A stretch of DNA of 64,000 nt from contig CAJFCJ010000020.1 in assembly GCA_904063045.1 (NCBI GenBank), forward strand, positions 984,916 through 1,048,915, given 5' to 3'. This DNA is from Dimorphilus gyrociliatus. Taxonomy: Eukaryota > Animalia > Annelida. Of the stretch, positions 13,701-26,278 are shown piece by piece. The position numbers were made by a program, and so were the translations under genes. The notes beneath the pieces are model-generated. The model worked only from the letters and a program-made list of their open reading frames with translations, was not told the DNA's origin and made no database searches. Positions within the stretch are counted from its first letter, which is position 1; each line of letters begins with the position of its first letter.

Positions 13701-16700
13701 GGTACATGAGATTTTTGGCACTTTAACCTGCATTGAGCAGTTCTGGTTTGACGAAAACTTTTACACTCTGTCGAACGACAATCAGACCACTCGGATGTTT
13801 GCCAATAAAGAAGGGGTTCCAACTCTGAGCATATTTTAAAGCAGGACTTTTGAGAAACGGGTTGAAGTTTTTTATTGCAATTTTGGTTATTACACCAGAC
13901 TTTTCTTGTGCGTATCCCTCCCGAACCACATCTCACACCCTTGCAATCGGACCAGGGACCTGTCGAGTATACGTATGTTAATTAATTGGCCTGTCGGTTG
14001 TAATTTAACGCCTACTCTACAAGTCACATTAAATCTAGTCATATCGTATGGGGTAAATTGCTGACTTTTTACGGACTGTCTAAGTTAATTTAGCCGTTGA
14101 ATTCGACTGCCTTTGACATATTATAAGGAGTAAAGGAAGGGGCTAAGTATCAATTTTTACACTAAAGTCAAAAAGGGGCAAATACATAGTATTTTACTTA
14201 GTGGCGAAACTTTTCAGCAATTCTATTTAGGAGAATTTTAAGTCAACACTTGCTTTTTTTTCAAACTTAAATCATTAAAATTAGGAAGAAAACCTAATTT
14301 AAACGATATAAATGAAGAATTATTACACTAGTATCTGATTCTTGAAAGTGAAAAAAAAGATCTTTAAATATTCATAATATACTATACACTATATATTAAA
14401 ACACTTGTTTTAAATGAAAATCGATTTTCGACAAATATGATTGACTGTTGATCGAGTTCACTTGCAGTAATCTATAATTCTTTTTTTTTATTTCAATTTT
14501 TTTTTATTATTCTTTATTATACTTTTTTTCCAATTATGACAAGCAGACGCTTTTACATTCGAATAAGCGGATTCCTTTCAATTAAAGAAAAGAACTTTAT
14601 CGATAGGTGGCGTGTAAATACCCGAAAAGAGTAACATCTAAACACATCCTTAATTAGGAGGACGGTAGAAACAAATTTGCAACTAATTTGCACATCAATT
14701 AAGTGGAACACGCGAACTAGAGCAAAGTCTTGGTCAGTAGCATCATCATTTAGACTGATAATCCTTTATATCATTTATTAATATAATTAATTTAAGACAA
14801 AAAATTTTCCCTATTAAAATGATATTATATTATATAGTTAGAAAGATAAGTTTGACAAGACGGGAAAGAATTGCACTGCCGCTTTTCCCCTTGCTATCTT
14901 ACTTTTGATTTCTCACGAGAAGAGCTTATGGAAAAAGGATTTTTGTCCAAATGCTTTTTGCGGTTGACAATAGCCTTTGCTGTGCGGAATTGGCCTCAAA
15001 TATTCGCCATCAACCACTGAATTAGGAAATTTTCCGGAGAGTGAAAATTTTTTTTGCAGGTGGCTAATACAGTACACATATACCGATTTATCGATCCGTC
15101 TTACAAGTTGCGGATCGATTGGAGAAAAATTTCCAGCGGGTGACAAAACAATTGCAAGTGCGAACAGAGAGTGGGGAACCGATTGGATAGAGAAAGAATG
15201 ACCATGGGGAGGGAATGTTGTAATATTAGACCAAACACCTGAAGCAATTTAATATCTGTGTTTTGCGCGTATTAGGTACTTAAAGTGGACAGAACGGACG
15301 GAAGGGGAACGAAAGAGATGAGATTAATGGGTAAGGAAACGACGTGAGAAAAAAAAAGCAGCTTGGTTTTAATAGAGTTGTAAGATTTCTAATGGAGGGC
15401 AAACAATGATGGTAGAAACATCTCACTCGTCGGGACTCATCAATATAGCTATACACGGTTGATATCAATGCGTGAATAGGGAGACAATTAAATTGACTCG
15501 AATAGAGTGAAATTGTCACCATTCTTAAAAACTACTTAAAAGAAAAATTAAGCAAAGAAATGAAAGGGTTGATAAGACACAATCCAGATGTCAGAATCCG
15601 TCAGTGTAAATATACTAAAGATATTAGTTAGAGAAAATAAACGAAAATTAAATTAGACAGAAAATGTTGCAGTAGCATTTTTGCAGTCCTGCTTGAGGCT
15701 AGAAATCAACACTGAAAAAGTCTGTAATACGATTTAACGGTTCGTCGGACTATATACAAATAGATTAACCTAGTAAAAAATGTCCTCGCTTTCAATCAGG
15801 ACACTATGAATTCGTGGGGGAACTGACAAACTGGTCACTTCAATCTATTTATAAAGTGGCGCCACGATTATAATGGTGGCAGAAGGCGACGCTTCGCGCA
15901 TAAAACAGTCATTTTTTATACTTGATTAATACAAGTGCTACAAATAGAACCAATTTTTACATGGACAAACTGTCTCATCTAAAGCGACAACATATTTATC
16001 ATTTATCTTTTGGTCTTGTACAAATTAATTCCTAATTAACTTATTAGTAATTCTGATACGTACAAAATAGGTAATCAGAGATATTTTAGATGGTTTTATC
16101 CTTTTAACTTGTTTATTTTTCCCTCTTACCCAATTTCCAAGTCGTTTTTTTACTTGATTAATACGAGCAGTGAGATAAACATGACTGTACTGCAAAATAG
16201 ACCCATAGAGATGTCCCTTACGCTTATTTAGTTATAGACGAGAATATAGAACATTTTAATATAAAAAATATATAGTTATATATCAATATATACTTTATGT
16301 ATCAGAGATATATAGATGCAACTACATAGAAGAGCTTAAAGACATCTATTGTATAGCGTATACGCAATTTCTTCTGTTGCAGTTTACATCTATATCAGTA
16401 TATTCAGTTTAAATGTCTTTTGTAAGACTAAAATTAATTAGTTGTTCGTTCAGTTGATTGATACACTATATGAGATATCCAATAGGTCCGAGTTTAATAC
16501 GACTTAAGCCTATTTAAATCATCAAATTAGTTACGTATCCTCTTATATTTAAATATATATATATATATATATAAGTCTGCCTTTTAGTACTGCTAAAATA
16601 GAATACTTATATCATTATTATTGTAATTTTCACTCAACTAAGAAAATATAACTAATATTTTCATAATTGATTATTTGAAGGGCTAGACAGTATCTTTTTT

Positions 16701-19700
16701 CCTGTATTCTTCTTATCCTTCTATTCCTAGCCGCAATGTAATTTAAGTATTCTTTTCAGTAAAGAATTACCCCGGTTTATCTGTACGTTTTTTATATAAA
16801 AATAACCAGTTGTATATACAAGTAATATCCTATCATTCCACAACACGCACCTGGGGTCATAAAAAGCTAAACAGCTAATCATTCCTTAGATTTTATAGAC
16901 ACGTAATTTTGTTTAATAATATCATTCTTTTACACTCTGATTAATAGTTGTCTTAAGTAACGTTCTCTATCCACCATCGTTTGTGTCATAAAAATATAAA
17001 ATATTCAATTTTATGGATAATTTCGCGCAGGTTATATTGTAACCTTCCTCGATAACTTCAAACTCTTTTTGAATAAACCATACCAATCGTATAGTCTGGA
17101 AAACTTATTATTAATTTTGTGGAGAACTAGAAATAGGTTGCAAAATTATTATTATCGTTATGCATTCCTCTTCCTCTTTTTTTTTGTTTACAAGAACATT
17201 TCGTCTACAAATCCATCAGTCAATAAAACGTGAATGTTTGATTAGCTATATATTCGACCAGTAAACAACGAACGTGCAGTATATAGCCGATTAATGGAAT
17301 AGAGATTAACGGTAATTCTACACTGTCTAACATACAGCAAAAGGAAAAAACGCCTATGTAAATAAGCAAGAAGAAGGAAACGTCTACGTTAGTTTCTTTC
17401 TGTCAATTATAGTTTACAGTGCATATTTTCGTTATTTATTTATCTTGTTCTACAAAGTTTGTTTGATTTGTTTTTAAAGAAAAAAACACTATATTCAGTT
17501 ATTCAGTCAAGAGAGGAAAAAGTATTCAAAACCAATTGTGAATTATCCTCTCAAATAGAAAAGATTTATAATTTATTCCAAGTTTTTGATTACAATTAAA
17601 CAATTTTTCAACAAGCCTTTCATGAATATATAATAAAAAGCATAAAAAACGTAATCTTTAGAGCCTGGAATTTGCAAACATTTACTATATCATGTAAAAT
17701 GTATGTCTATTTGACGTAACTTGGTTTTATATTATTTTTTATTCATTATAAAAACTATAACAATGGTTAATACACGTTCGTGAATATATTTGATTAATTA
17801 GTTTCCCTGAAATATTCTTTTCTTACATGTTTTTTTATTCTATTATCAAGATTTATTCAAAAATTTGTTTGAATAATTAAAAAAACTGTAGTTTTCTTTC
17901 TTCTTCTATCTTCTGTTCATTTTACATGCATGTATGTATTATATACTGTATATATAAGGAATAACGCAATTTATATTAATATTATCTTAAAAGATTAATA
18001 ATTATCTACTAAAAATTTATATTACTTATGTAAATATTATAAAAAAGGAACTAATTGGTATTTTCTACTAGAACCTTTCTACGTAATATACTTTATTCGT
18101 TCTTAAGTATAAATAGATTAAGTAGCAAAGTAAATAGATGTAGCAATAACAAGAAGAAAGATAGGAAAAAAGTAAAAATAAAAGATGTAAAAGAAGAAAT
18201 AAAAGATTAAGAAAGAAATTGATATTTAGATATAAATATATATGTTTTTATACTATCTTGCTAAGTCATGTTGTTTTATTTCTTTGATTGAATAAAATCA
18301 ATTTAATTACAAACACTTATTTTTTCTTGTTAAAAACTTCCGTGTCAAGGTTAATTTCTTATTCTAAGGGAGGGAAAAGAGAGGAAAGAGAGAAGATAGC
18401 GTGATTTGTATCCTGCTCTCATCGTCATCCTTTTCTCTCAGTTTGCATCCTCCTTTTTTAAATAATTACAGTGAAGATAATTATGATAATTGGTATTATA
18501 ATTAAATAATATAGAGAAACGTGGTTTTTTCTCTTTACTTGCCTTTAAATTATATATATATATATTGGTTAAACAAACAGAGATGTATATACTTAGAAGT
18601 TGAAGGTATAGTACTTTTACTTTGCTAAACTACTATAAATTGCAAAGCTACTATAGCGGATTTCAACATGATTTTTTTACTTATAGTAATGCTTTACATC
18701 CATTATGAACAATTAAATATTCATATAATTAAATATTCATACAACTTACATGTTTGATTGAGTCATACAGGGAATGTAGAAGGATAATATCCCTTTTTTT
18801 GACAGACAAGAATAGTTATCAATTATGCTTTTATATATATAGACGATACATTACTGTCATATGCCTTATTTAACACATATTTTTTATGGTAGTTACTCTT
18901 AATAATATCATAATAATTAGTTAACAATGTAAACAAATTGCTTAATAGTCATCTTTCAATATCAAAGTTACATAATACTTTTAGGATTTCGCTATAATTC
19001 CTCTTCTTTAAATGAAGCAACCCTACGTTAAATTGACTAACTTTACAGGCCTATTAACAGCAGTAACCGGCAGAGATGTCTAGCCGACCCTTTGAAGAAG
19101 GTCGATATTATGATATATGCATTGCATATATAGAGTTATCTATTTATAAAGCAAGTACTAAATATCGCTATATATATACATCTTTCAAAAAAAAGTAACC
19201 TCTTTGTATATATATCAAAACGCATGCATCGTTTGATTATAAATGTTGTAATTGGGCTTTATACGTTATGTTCCACAATCAGAAGGACCCTGATTATTTC
19301 CTTAACTAGTTATAAGATATATTAGCACGTGCGCAAAACGTAAGATCACAGGATCGAACGTGACTTACAAGGATCGTTAACGTCACGCACTGGTACAAAA
19401 ATGCAAGAGAAATCAGAATAGAGAATAAAGATGGGTTAACAGTGGGGGGGAGGGGGCGAGGGAAAATAGAGAAAAAAGGCGTTCAAGGAATAGACATCGA
19501 CAAGGGGAAACCGTCTACGGTCAATGGACGTCCAGATGATCGATTAAGTAGTTTTATTGTAGGGAGTTTTGGGCGTTAGTAGTTTAAAGAAAAAACGAAA
19601 AAGGTGACAAGCAAAAAGGCACTTTAACGCCAGTAAATTGACGCACCTTATGTTATTGACAAACTGCAAATTTTCCCTAACGTAAAAACGGACAAAATTT

Positions 19701-19767
19701 ACTTACCAACTTGCCAGGAGTTGGCCAATGGCACGAAAAGGATTATGCAAAATTTAATGGCGTCCAT
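4722..19767 (-). CDS. THSD7A: Thrombospondin type-1 domain-containing protein 7 (THSD7A/B-like) type I membrane protein, 24 coding exons by manual reconstruction
   Basis: Alternating TSP1 repeats (WSxWSxC, CPxDCVxSEW, GGxxCP) in the minus-strand ORFs join by phase-compatible GT-AG introns. Exon 1 19707-19767 MDAIKFCIILFVPLANSWQVG (signal peptide); exon 2 13332-13959 PWSDCKGVRCGSGGIRTRKVWC; C-terminal FKWRTSPW..RKVWCQ..GCSFASRPPGIKECNPPCTVKHSYC..CACMPGY matches the THSD7 juxtamembrane region; TM exon ~4967-5056 VWMFMVIGIGLFVVTSVFATLYFIC; tail KRGKEKKK..STKQ* with TGA at 4722-4724. A versus B paralogy is vertebrate-specific and cannot be assigned. Confidence 0.93.
16553..16573. repeat. (TA)n microsatellite in THSD7 intron 1
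   Basis: Direct inspection. Confidence 0.9.
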
Positions 19768-19823
19768 TACGTAATCGACTCATCGATTGCGTCACATAGA
19801 TCCTCATCCTTCAGGATTTTCAT
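19767..19823 (-). other. Candidate upstream ORF (18 aa, MKILKDEDLCDAIDESIT*) whose stop overlaps the THSD7 start (TAATG)
   Basis: Minus strand ATG AAA ATC ... ATT ACG TAA TG; the last A of TAA is the A of the THSD7 ATG. Whether it lies inside the mRNA is unknown. Confidence 0.4.
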
Positions 19824-22800
19824 GTAAGTCACGCTCGTTTTCGCCACAATCCCTTCTCTTTAGTTTTTTTTGATGGTATAATTACTGCTCAATATACTAA
19901 CGAGTTTTCCTGTATATTTTCTTTAATATCCGATTCTGTTTAAAAAAAACTCGAATGAAACAAAATATAGAAGAAGTTTATTATATTTATTAGACAAGTT
20001 TATAGGTTGGTCAATGGTTATAAGTGGCATTTGAATCAGAAGAACTTCCATTATGGGCTAGTATGGAAGTAAAAGCTTTTTTTTACTAGGCGTTTTATAT
20101 CACGGATACCCAAGGGGAGAAAGGACTTATAACCCTCATTAAACTAGATTTCACCCAATAGTAATTAGCTAGTGCAATTGTTGAAAATGTAAAGACAAAG
20201 AGGAAATATAGAATTAAAAATTTGACTTTACTGTCTTTTTTTTCTAAATATCAGTTTCGTATCTCTTTTACCTATTTTTCGGACTTTTTAAGACCTTTTC
20301 AATTTCGCATGGTAATTCTTTCTTTTCTATTCCATATGAATATATTTTTGCCCCCAGATGATATTCGATTGACGTTGCTCAAGGTTATTATTAATTCTTT
20401 GAAGATTCGAAAGAATTAGCTGTATGTTTCCTATATCTTTTGTTTTAAGATCCATAGCAATTAGACATATTAAACATAAAAGAAATACTATTATGGATTA
20501 TTCAAGTTCCTATTTTTTTTCATTGCACATTCAATTATTTTTTATAACGTATTGGATATGTAAATGTGTCGGGAAAGAGAAAATTGTGACTGTAGTAAAC
20601 TATAATTATCGAAAAGATATCGTATACATTGAAGACGGTAATTATTGAAGAATTTGACCTTTTGGAGTAGGCCATAAACTATGATTATGCACAATAAGCA
20701 TGCAACGATTTTGTCCTTTAGAGGCTCCAGCAGAGTATTAGTGAGTATTAGGAGTTTGTCTTGATTGGATTGAACGAAATGTGGTTAAGTTACCTACTGG
20801 ATTTGCACATATTGAAAAAATATCATTCATTTTCTTCTAAGAAATCATAGTATAGAAAAAGAATAAGAATATGAAATCTTATATAACAATATAATTTACT
20901 GAATTGATAAATTGTTTATCTAGTAAGTTTTGAATCAAATATTCTAAATAGGTCATGAGGATAAAACGGAAAACCAAAGTCAACCTTTTGCTGTTCTTCA
21001 TCAAAATTTATCCTAAGGCTAACTATATACCTTTTTGTTTGATTCACTGCATTTTTCATTCTCATCCCGTTCGACAAGTAAAGGCAATAATTCTCCCGAT
21101 TGTTTCACTGACTAGCCATTTTCAATTAGTACTTAGCCTGAATTTTTTATAAATTCAATCGGTAAAGTTGAAGAACAGAAACAATAAGATAGATTCAACG
21201 CTTCAAAGGTAGAGAGAGGATAAAGGATTGAAGTAAGGGGAAGGGGGCGGCCGTGGCAGCGGGCCATTATTTGGCAGTAAGCGGTTATATAAAAGGAACG
21301 GATTTAGGGAAAAGAAAAAAAGAGACAGAAAACAAATAACCTCAAAAAATGTTTGATTTAGTCGAATAAAACAAAAAAAAGCCTCACCAATAGCCGTAAA
21401 ATGTCATACGAATAGAGTTTACGTTTGTAAACAATGCTATTTTCCCCCTAAATTTTACATTAAAGCGGGACAAACAATCTACAATTATTTCCTTAAGTGC
21501 TCACTATTGTGTAGCTTAGCGATTGTTCGGATAATTAGCGGTATGCCTTATATATTTTACCCTTCTTTACTTTTTTCTTCTCCTATCCTTCCTTTTTTAT
21601 TCTAAGACTAGAATGATAAAACGACTGTTCGACCAATACCAAAACTAAATCAAGCCGACCTTCCTTTTCTATTATAGGCAAGCCGTCGGTAGTCAATTTA
21701 TAACCGAAAAAGAATTATTGTGCAGTTTTGTGGAATTAGTGCAGTATGAAACGCATCGTTCTCGAGTGCTGATTCCGCAGTTCGCTGGGTGCAAACTAAA
21801 AAAGCCCGACTTTTATTATTAACCTCTTTCTATAGCTATAAGCTATTATTATTCTACATAAGGAAAAGGGGAACGATCGACTGCTAAATTGTAAGGTCGG
21901 CACTGCATTACGGCTAAAATGCTACCGGCGTATGGACAAATTAGCTAAGGATTTTGTAATAAAGTTGCTGCCTAACTAGGTTCTGTGACCAGTCGTCAAT
22001 TATCACTCGAACATCCGTAAAGAAATTGGTTACAGTTTAAATCTTAGAATCCAATCGGATTCCTAGAACTTCCAATTATCTTATGGGAGAGAACATTTCG
22101 AGTGTTATCCCAGTGTTAACTTTTACCTCTCTTCTAAAAATAAATCCCTTTAATTTCTCAATAGATTCTTAAGAAAAGTAAAAGAGGAGAAAGAGTGAGA
22201 GAAGAGAGATAAAATGAAAAAGATAGAAGGGAATGTAGGTTCAAAGTCAATAGTAGTACCATAGAATAATGATGACAAAATGAAAATCATTTCTCTCTCT
22301 TTTCCTTGATAGTTTAAAAAAAGAACAATAACTAAATCAAGATTACAAACTCGTCAAAAAATCCGCCTACAATTTGTAACAGGAGAATGCTTTTCGGCTT
22401 GCAATGGATTAGTTATTAAAGAATCTAGTAGAAAAACTCCTCGGGCTAATATACGCTAATCGGCTGGAAAAGAAAATTTGAAGGGGCAAATTCTATGTTT
22501 TTGTCTCTCACAAACTGTGTAAGTTGATAGGTGTGAGAAAAGAGATGAAACGTATAAGAGATAAATAGGTGTTTTTTTAATAGTTTAACTTCAACTACTA
22601 ATTAATTTCCTTTTTCACAAATTTCAATCGTTTCAATTGAGAACAGTAAAAAAAGTTTAAATGGTTTAAGACACAAGTAAAAGTTAATTTAGGGGCCTGA
22701 AAGTGACTCTTTTGATGCTCGTCTAATATATTTATACAGCTATATATTTGAATAGCTTAGGGGGGAGAAGAATGAAGAGGCGAGGGTGGTATATAAGAGA

Positions 22801-23650
22801 AGAACTAAGATTCCTAACTTTTTACGTTAAATAGCTGAGATCTTATACAGTTTAAGAATAATCCTATATCTTCTCTTTCATGCCTAAAAGGCTCGTACTC
22901 AATAAGATATATTGAAAACTCGTTGTTGTTCCTCCTTTTAAATTAAACTCATTAAGAAGTTTCTTAGCTTAGAATTAGTTATATGTTTTTTATTTTTACT
23001 TATTTAATGCTTTTATCTAAAAGAACAAGTTCAAGCTTCATAAGTTTTTCATATCCTTTAAGAAACTGTTTGTATTTCTCTTTTTTTTTTGTAAATAGGC
23101 CTACTTTGACATTCTCTCCTTATTACAAACGCCTAAAAAATTCACCAAATAAACAGAAGAAGAAAACAAATACTTTCATTGATTCTCTAATATTTTAATT
23201 AAAGAGAAGATACCGAAGTTTAGTTAAAAACTGAAGAGAGAGAGAGTTTAATTAATTAGACACTTCGTCAAGGAACGTCAAAAATTTGTCATAAAAGTAA
23301 GACCAACATTTTTCCAAATGGATTTTCGATAATAGCTTACGAAATTATTCTAAAACATTTTCAAATTATCTTTAATCGTCATTATCGCTCACCTGTAAGT
23401 CGTTAAAGGTCGCCTTTTGCGTGATACTAGGAAATTAACGCCAACTGCGTCAGCCTATATACTGTACCACAGATAAGATACATATACATTTGTCTATATA
23501 TTTAATATACACCATATATACGCCTACTTACATTATATCTCTATTTATAGGTGTTTATGCACTCGAAAGAAATAAACGTAAAATATGAATTAGCTTGTTG
23601 GAAATATACATATAGATTGATTCTGGTTCTTATAGATACATTATATACAA

Positions 23651-23652
<2 letters not shown>

Positions 23653-23692
<40 letters not shown>

Positions 23693-23729
23693 ATATTAAA
23701 TATATATATATATATATGTATATATATAT
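23653..23729. repeat. Long interrupted (TA)n microsatellite
   Basis: About 33 bp perfect TA, a short interruption, then a further ~29 bp TA. Confidence 0.92.
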
Positions 23730-23875
23730 TCTGTCTATTATATCATATATGCATAAAAATTAAAATTCAGCATTCATATATTCATTGAAATTCCTTATTA
23801 ATAAACTATTTTTCGTTCTTTGAATTGTTAACCATTTAAACAAAAATAAAATAGGCTTATACAATTAGAACTTAC

Positions 23876-24040
23876 TTGACTAGAGGAGCTGAAAGTGTAG
23901 TTAATGTCACCTTTCTTCTATTTTCAGATCCGTATGATCTTGGACCGTTACTTAGGCGTCGAAAGCGTTCGAATGAAAGGCGAAGTTGATTGAGATAGTA
24001 CGGATAGATCACGTGATCGCTACGATTAAGCTGATTGGAC
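23876..24040 (-). promoter_or_regulatory. Candidate promoter plus non-coding first exon (CCAAT box, palindromic E-box, strong splice donor)
   Basis: Minus strand CCAATCAG (plus ctgattgg 24031-24038), GATCACGTGATC palindrome 24007-24018, then ~130 nt downstream CAA|GTAAGT donor at 23875. Confidence 0.4.
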
Positions 24041-26236
24041 GGTGGCTTTTTTTTCTCTCTGTTTTCTTTGCTGTTGCATTGCTTTTTGGCAAACAAGGTA
24101 ATACTGGCGAGAGGCGTCTAATTGAGTTGTTTTTTGCGGTCTGTTTTGACATGGGAATGGAAGATGAGCGAAGGGAGGTGAAAATAGATAAAACTTTCTA
24201 GCACGAAATTTCTACCAGAAGGCCCCATGACATAAAGCGTAGTTTTGATCAATCACTTTCTTCTATCATGAATAAGTAAAGGAATATTAGAAACAAAGTG
24301 TAAATTTGAAAGGAAAATAAGGAAAAGAACTGTTTGACTGATTGAGTAATAACTTCTCTTCCCTTCTTGTTTATCACATGATTCGACTCTATAACCGAGT
24401 TTAAGTAATTGTAGAAGTATTTCACTTAATGGATCTTGTAAACAAAAAAAACTGTTTGAAAGGAGAAAAGAGCAGAGTGGTAAGTAAACAAAAGTCTTAA
24501 ATCTCCTCATCATAATTAGCATAATATATGATTTATTACAAAAAACTACTTGTCCGATACGTTTAAATGTATATTTATTGATTTTTTATGAATAAAATAA
24601 TAGTATTTTCATTGTAAAGTATTCGAAGCAAAGTTATAAATTGGTATGAAAAGGATAAAAGGGAATAAATCTATCTATACTTATTAAATTCTTAATATTA
24701 GCAGAGTGAAAAATCTTAAAGATATAGAATATCCATAAATATTCTGTTTCTGTCTACGACTCTATCGATTTACACATTTCAGCATTAAATATTAAAGCTA
24801 ACTTATATGTGCTTTAGATACGGATGACCACCGAAAATAAATAGATATAAAAAATAAGATGATTATAGTTTGTGATCAATTATGCCATCCAGGCCTACAT
24901 CTACGCAATGCGTCTTAACATGAAATTTAAAAAAGACGAATAATAACTAGTATTCCTTTTGATTTGTAACTGATTTTATTAAATAAAAATTAATGATTTT
25001 AATAGGTTTCTAATAGAAATTTATCTAATGTATAAAGTAAATTGATATACAGGAATGTTACTAGTCCAGCAGCTTCCATTCCTTCCTGCAAATCATTTAG
25101 ACTGACAGTCCCCTCTATTTATTTGTAAAAGTAAGCGCAAGTATTAGTCATCATTCAACTGAAGTCTATCATATAGTTTGCCAAACATTTTCTCCTCTGA
25201 TGTCCTCCCTTTGTTAGGGTTTGGAAGGAAGAGTTTGAGGAAATATATAGTATATCCATGTTTAAAGGAGCTATTATTTATGCCCTAGCCACTTACCTTT
25301 TTCCATATGCTTTCTATTTAAATAATTGCGAATCTTCTTAGAAGATTAGAAACTAGGAAGTGCGGTCTACGTTCTAAGAAGAAATGCCTATACAAAAGAA
25401 CAATATAGAAATTATGTTATCCTTATTCACCGTAAAGCTTAATCGTTTTAATGGAAAAATTTTTTTAGTCATCGAAACAGATTCCAATAAATCGCAAGTG
25501 AAGACGAATAACAAAAAGAGTAATAGTATTCCATTTCCGTAACGCCCCTTCAGACTACTGAATTGATCGTAATCAATACGTAGGCCTAATTTCATTGTAT
25601 AACTCGTTTACGTAGTACCGTTACCAAGATGAATAGAAGTATATGATATTCCTTTATATTGTCCAACACGTGGTTTATGTTCTCTATCGCTTATCTTAAT
25701 CAAAATTATTCCCAAGAATCGCAGGCAAAAGATGGCGCCAGATGCTTTCATTACAAAGGATTATGTAACTTTGTGTAAAAAAATTTATAATAAAAGGTTA
25801 AAGAGTACACAAAAGTAGTGTAAATAGGTAATGTTATATATTATGAGCATCACAAATGTGTAAAAGTAGAAAACAATAAAAAAAAAGGTTTCGTCAACAG
25901 ACGAGTGCATTTGTGTACTTTATAGAGAGCAAACGCAGAAAATAAATGAAGCGTAGCCGGTTGTCAATAAAGAACAAAGAGCGCGAGAATAATTGCAGCC
26001 GTTAAAACAACGAAAAATTTACAAATATCGGCTTTCTATCTTTAAAAAACTATCGAATGGGGGATAAATGAGTACCTCTTTTATTTTCGTAAACAAAATA
26101 GTATTGATGAATTTTTGCGGTAACAGAATGGAAGAATAAAAAATATCGGTTCAGATGAAAATAAAAAAAAAGACCTTGAGTGAGGAAGATAAATAGATAT
26201 ATTAAGTGAAGAGGGGAAGAGACATAGAAGGAGCGG

Positions 26237-26278
26237 GAGAGAGAGAGAGAGAGAGAGAGAAAGAGTGAGAGATAGAGA
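26237..26278. repeat. (GA)n microsatellite
   Basis: Direct inspection; explains the spurious SL-repeat ORF 26081-26287. Confidence 0.9.

Noticed and set aside
13960-13990. In-frame LTYVYST upstream of GPWSDC, resembling a TSP1 lead-in
   Set aside because: Blocked by an in-frame TAA with no usable AG before ACAG|GT; the 19707-19767 exon supplies the motif.
23551-23763. ORF with IY repeats; likewise the SL-repeat ORF 26081-26287
   Set aside because: Translations of TA and GA microsatellites.
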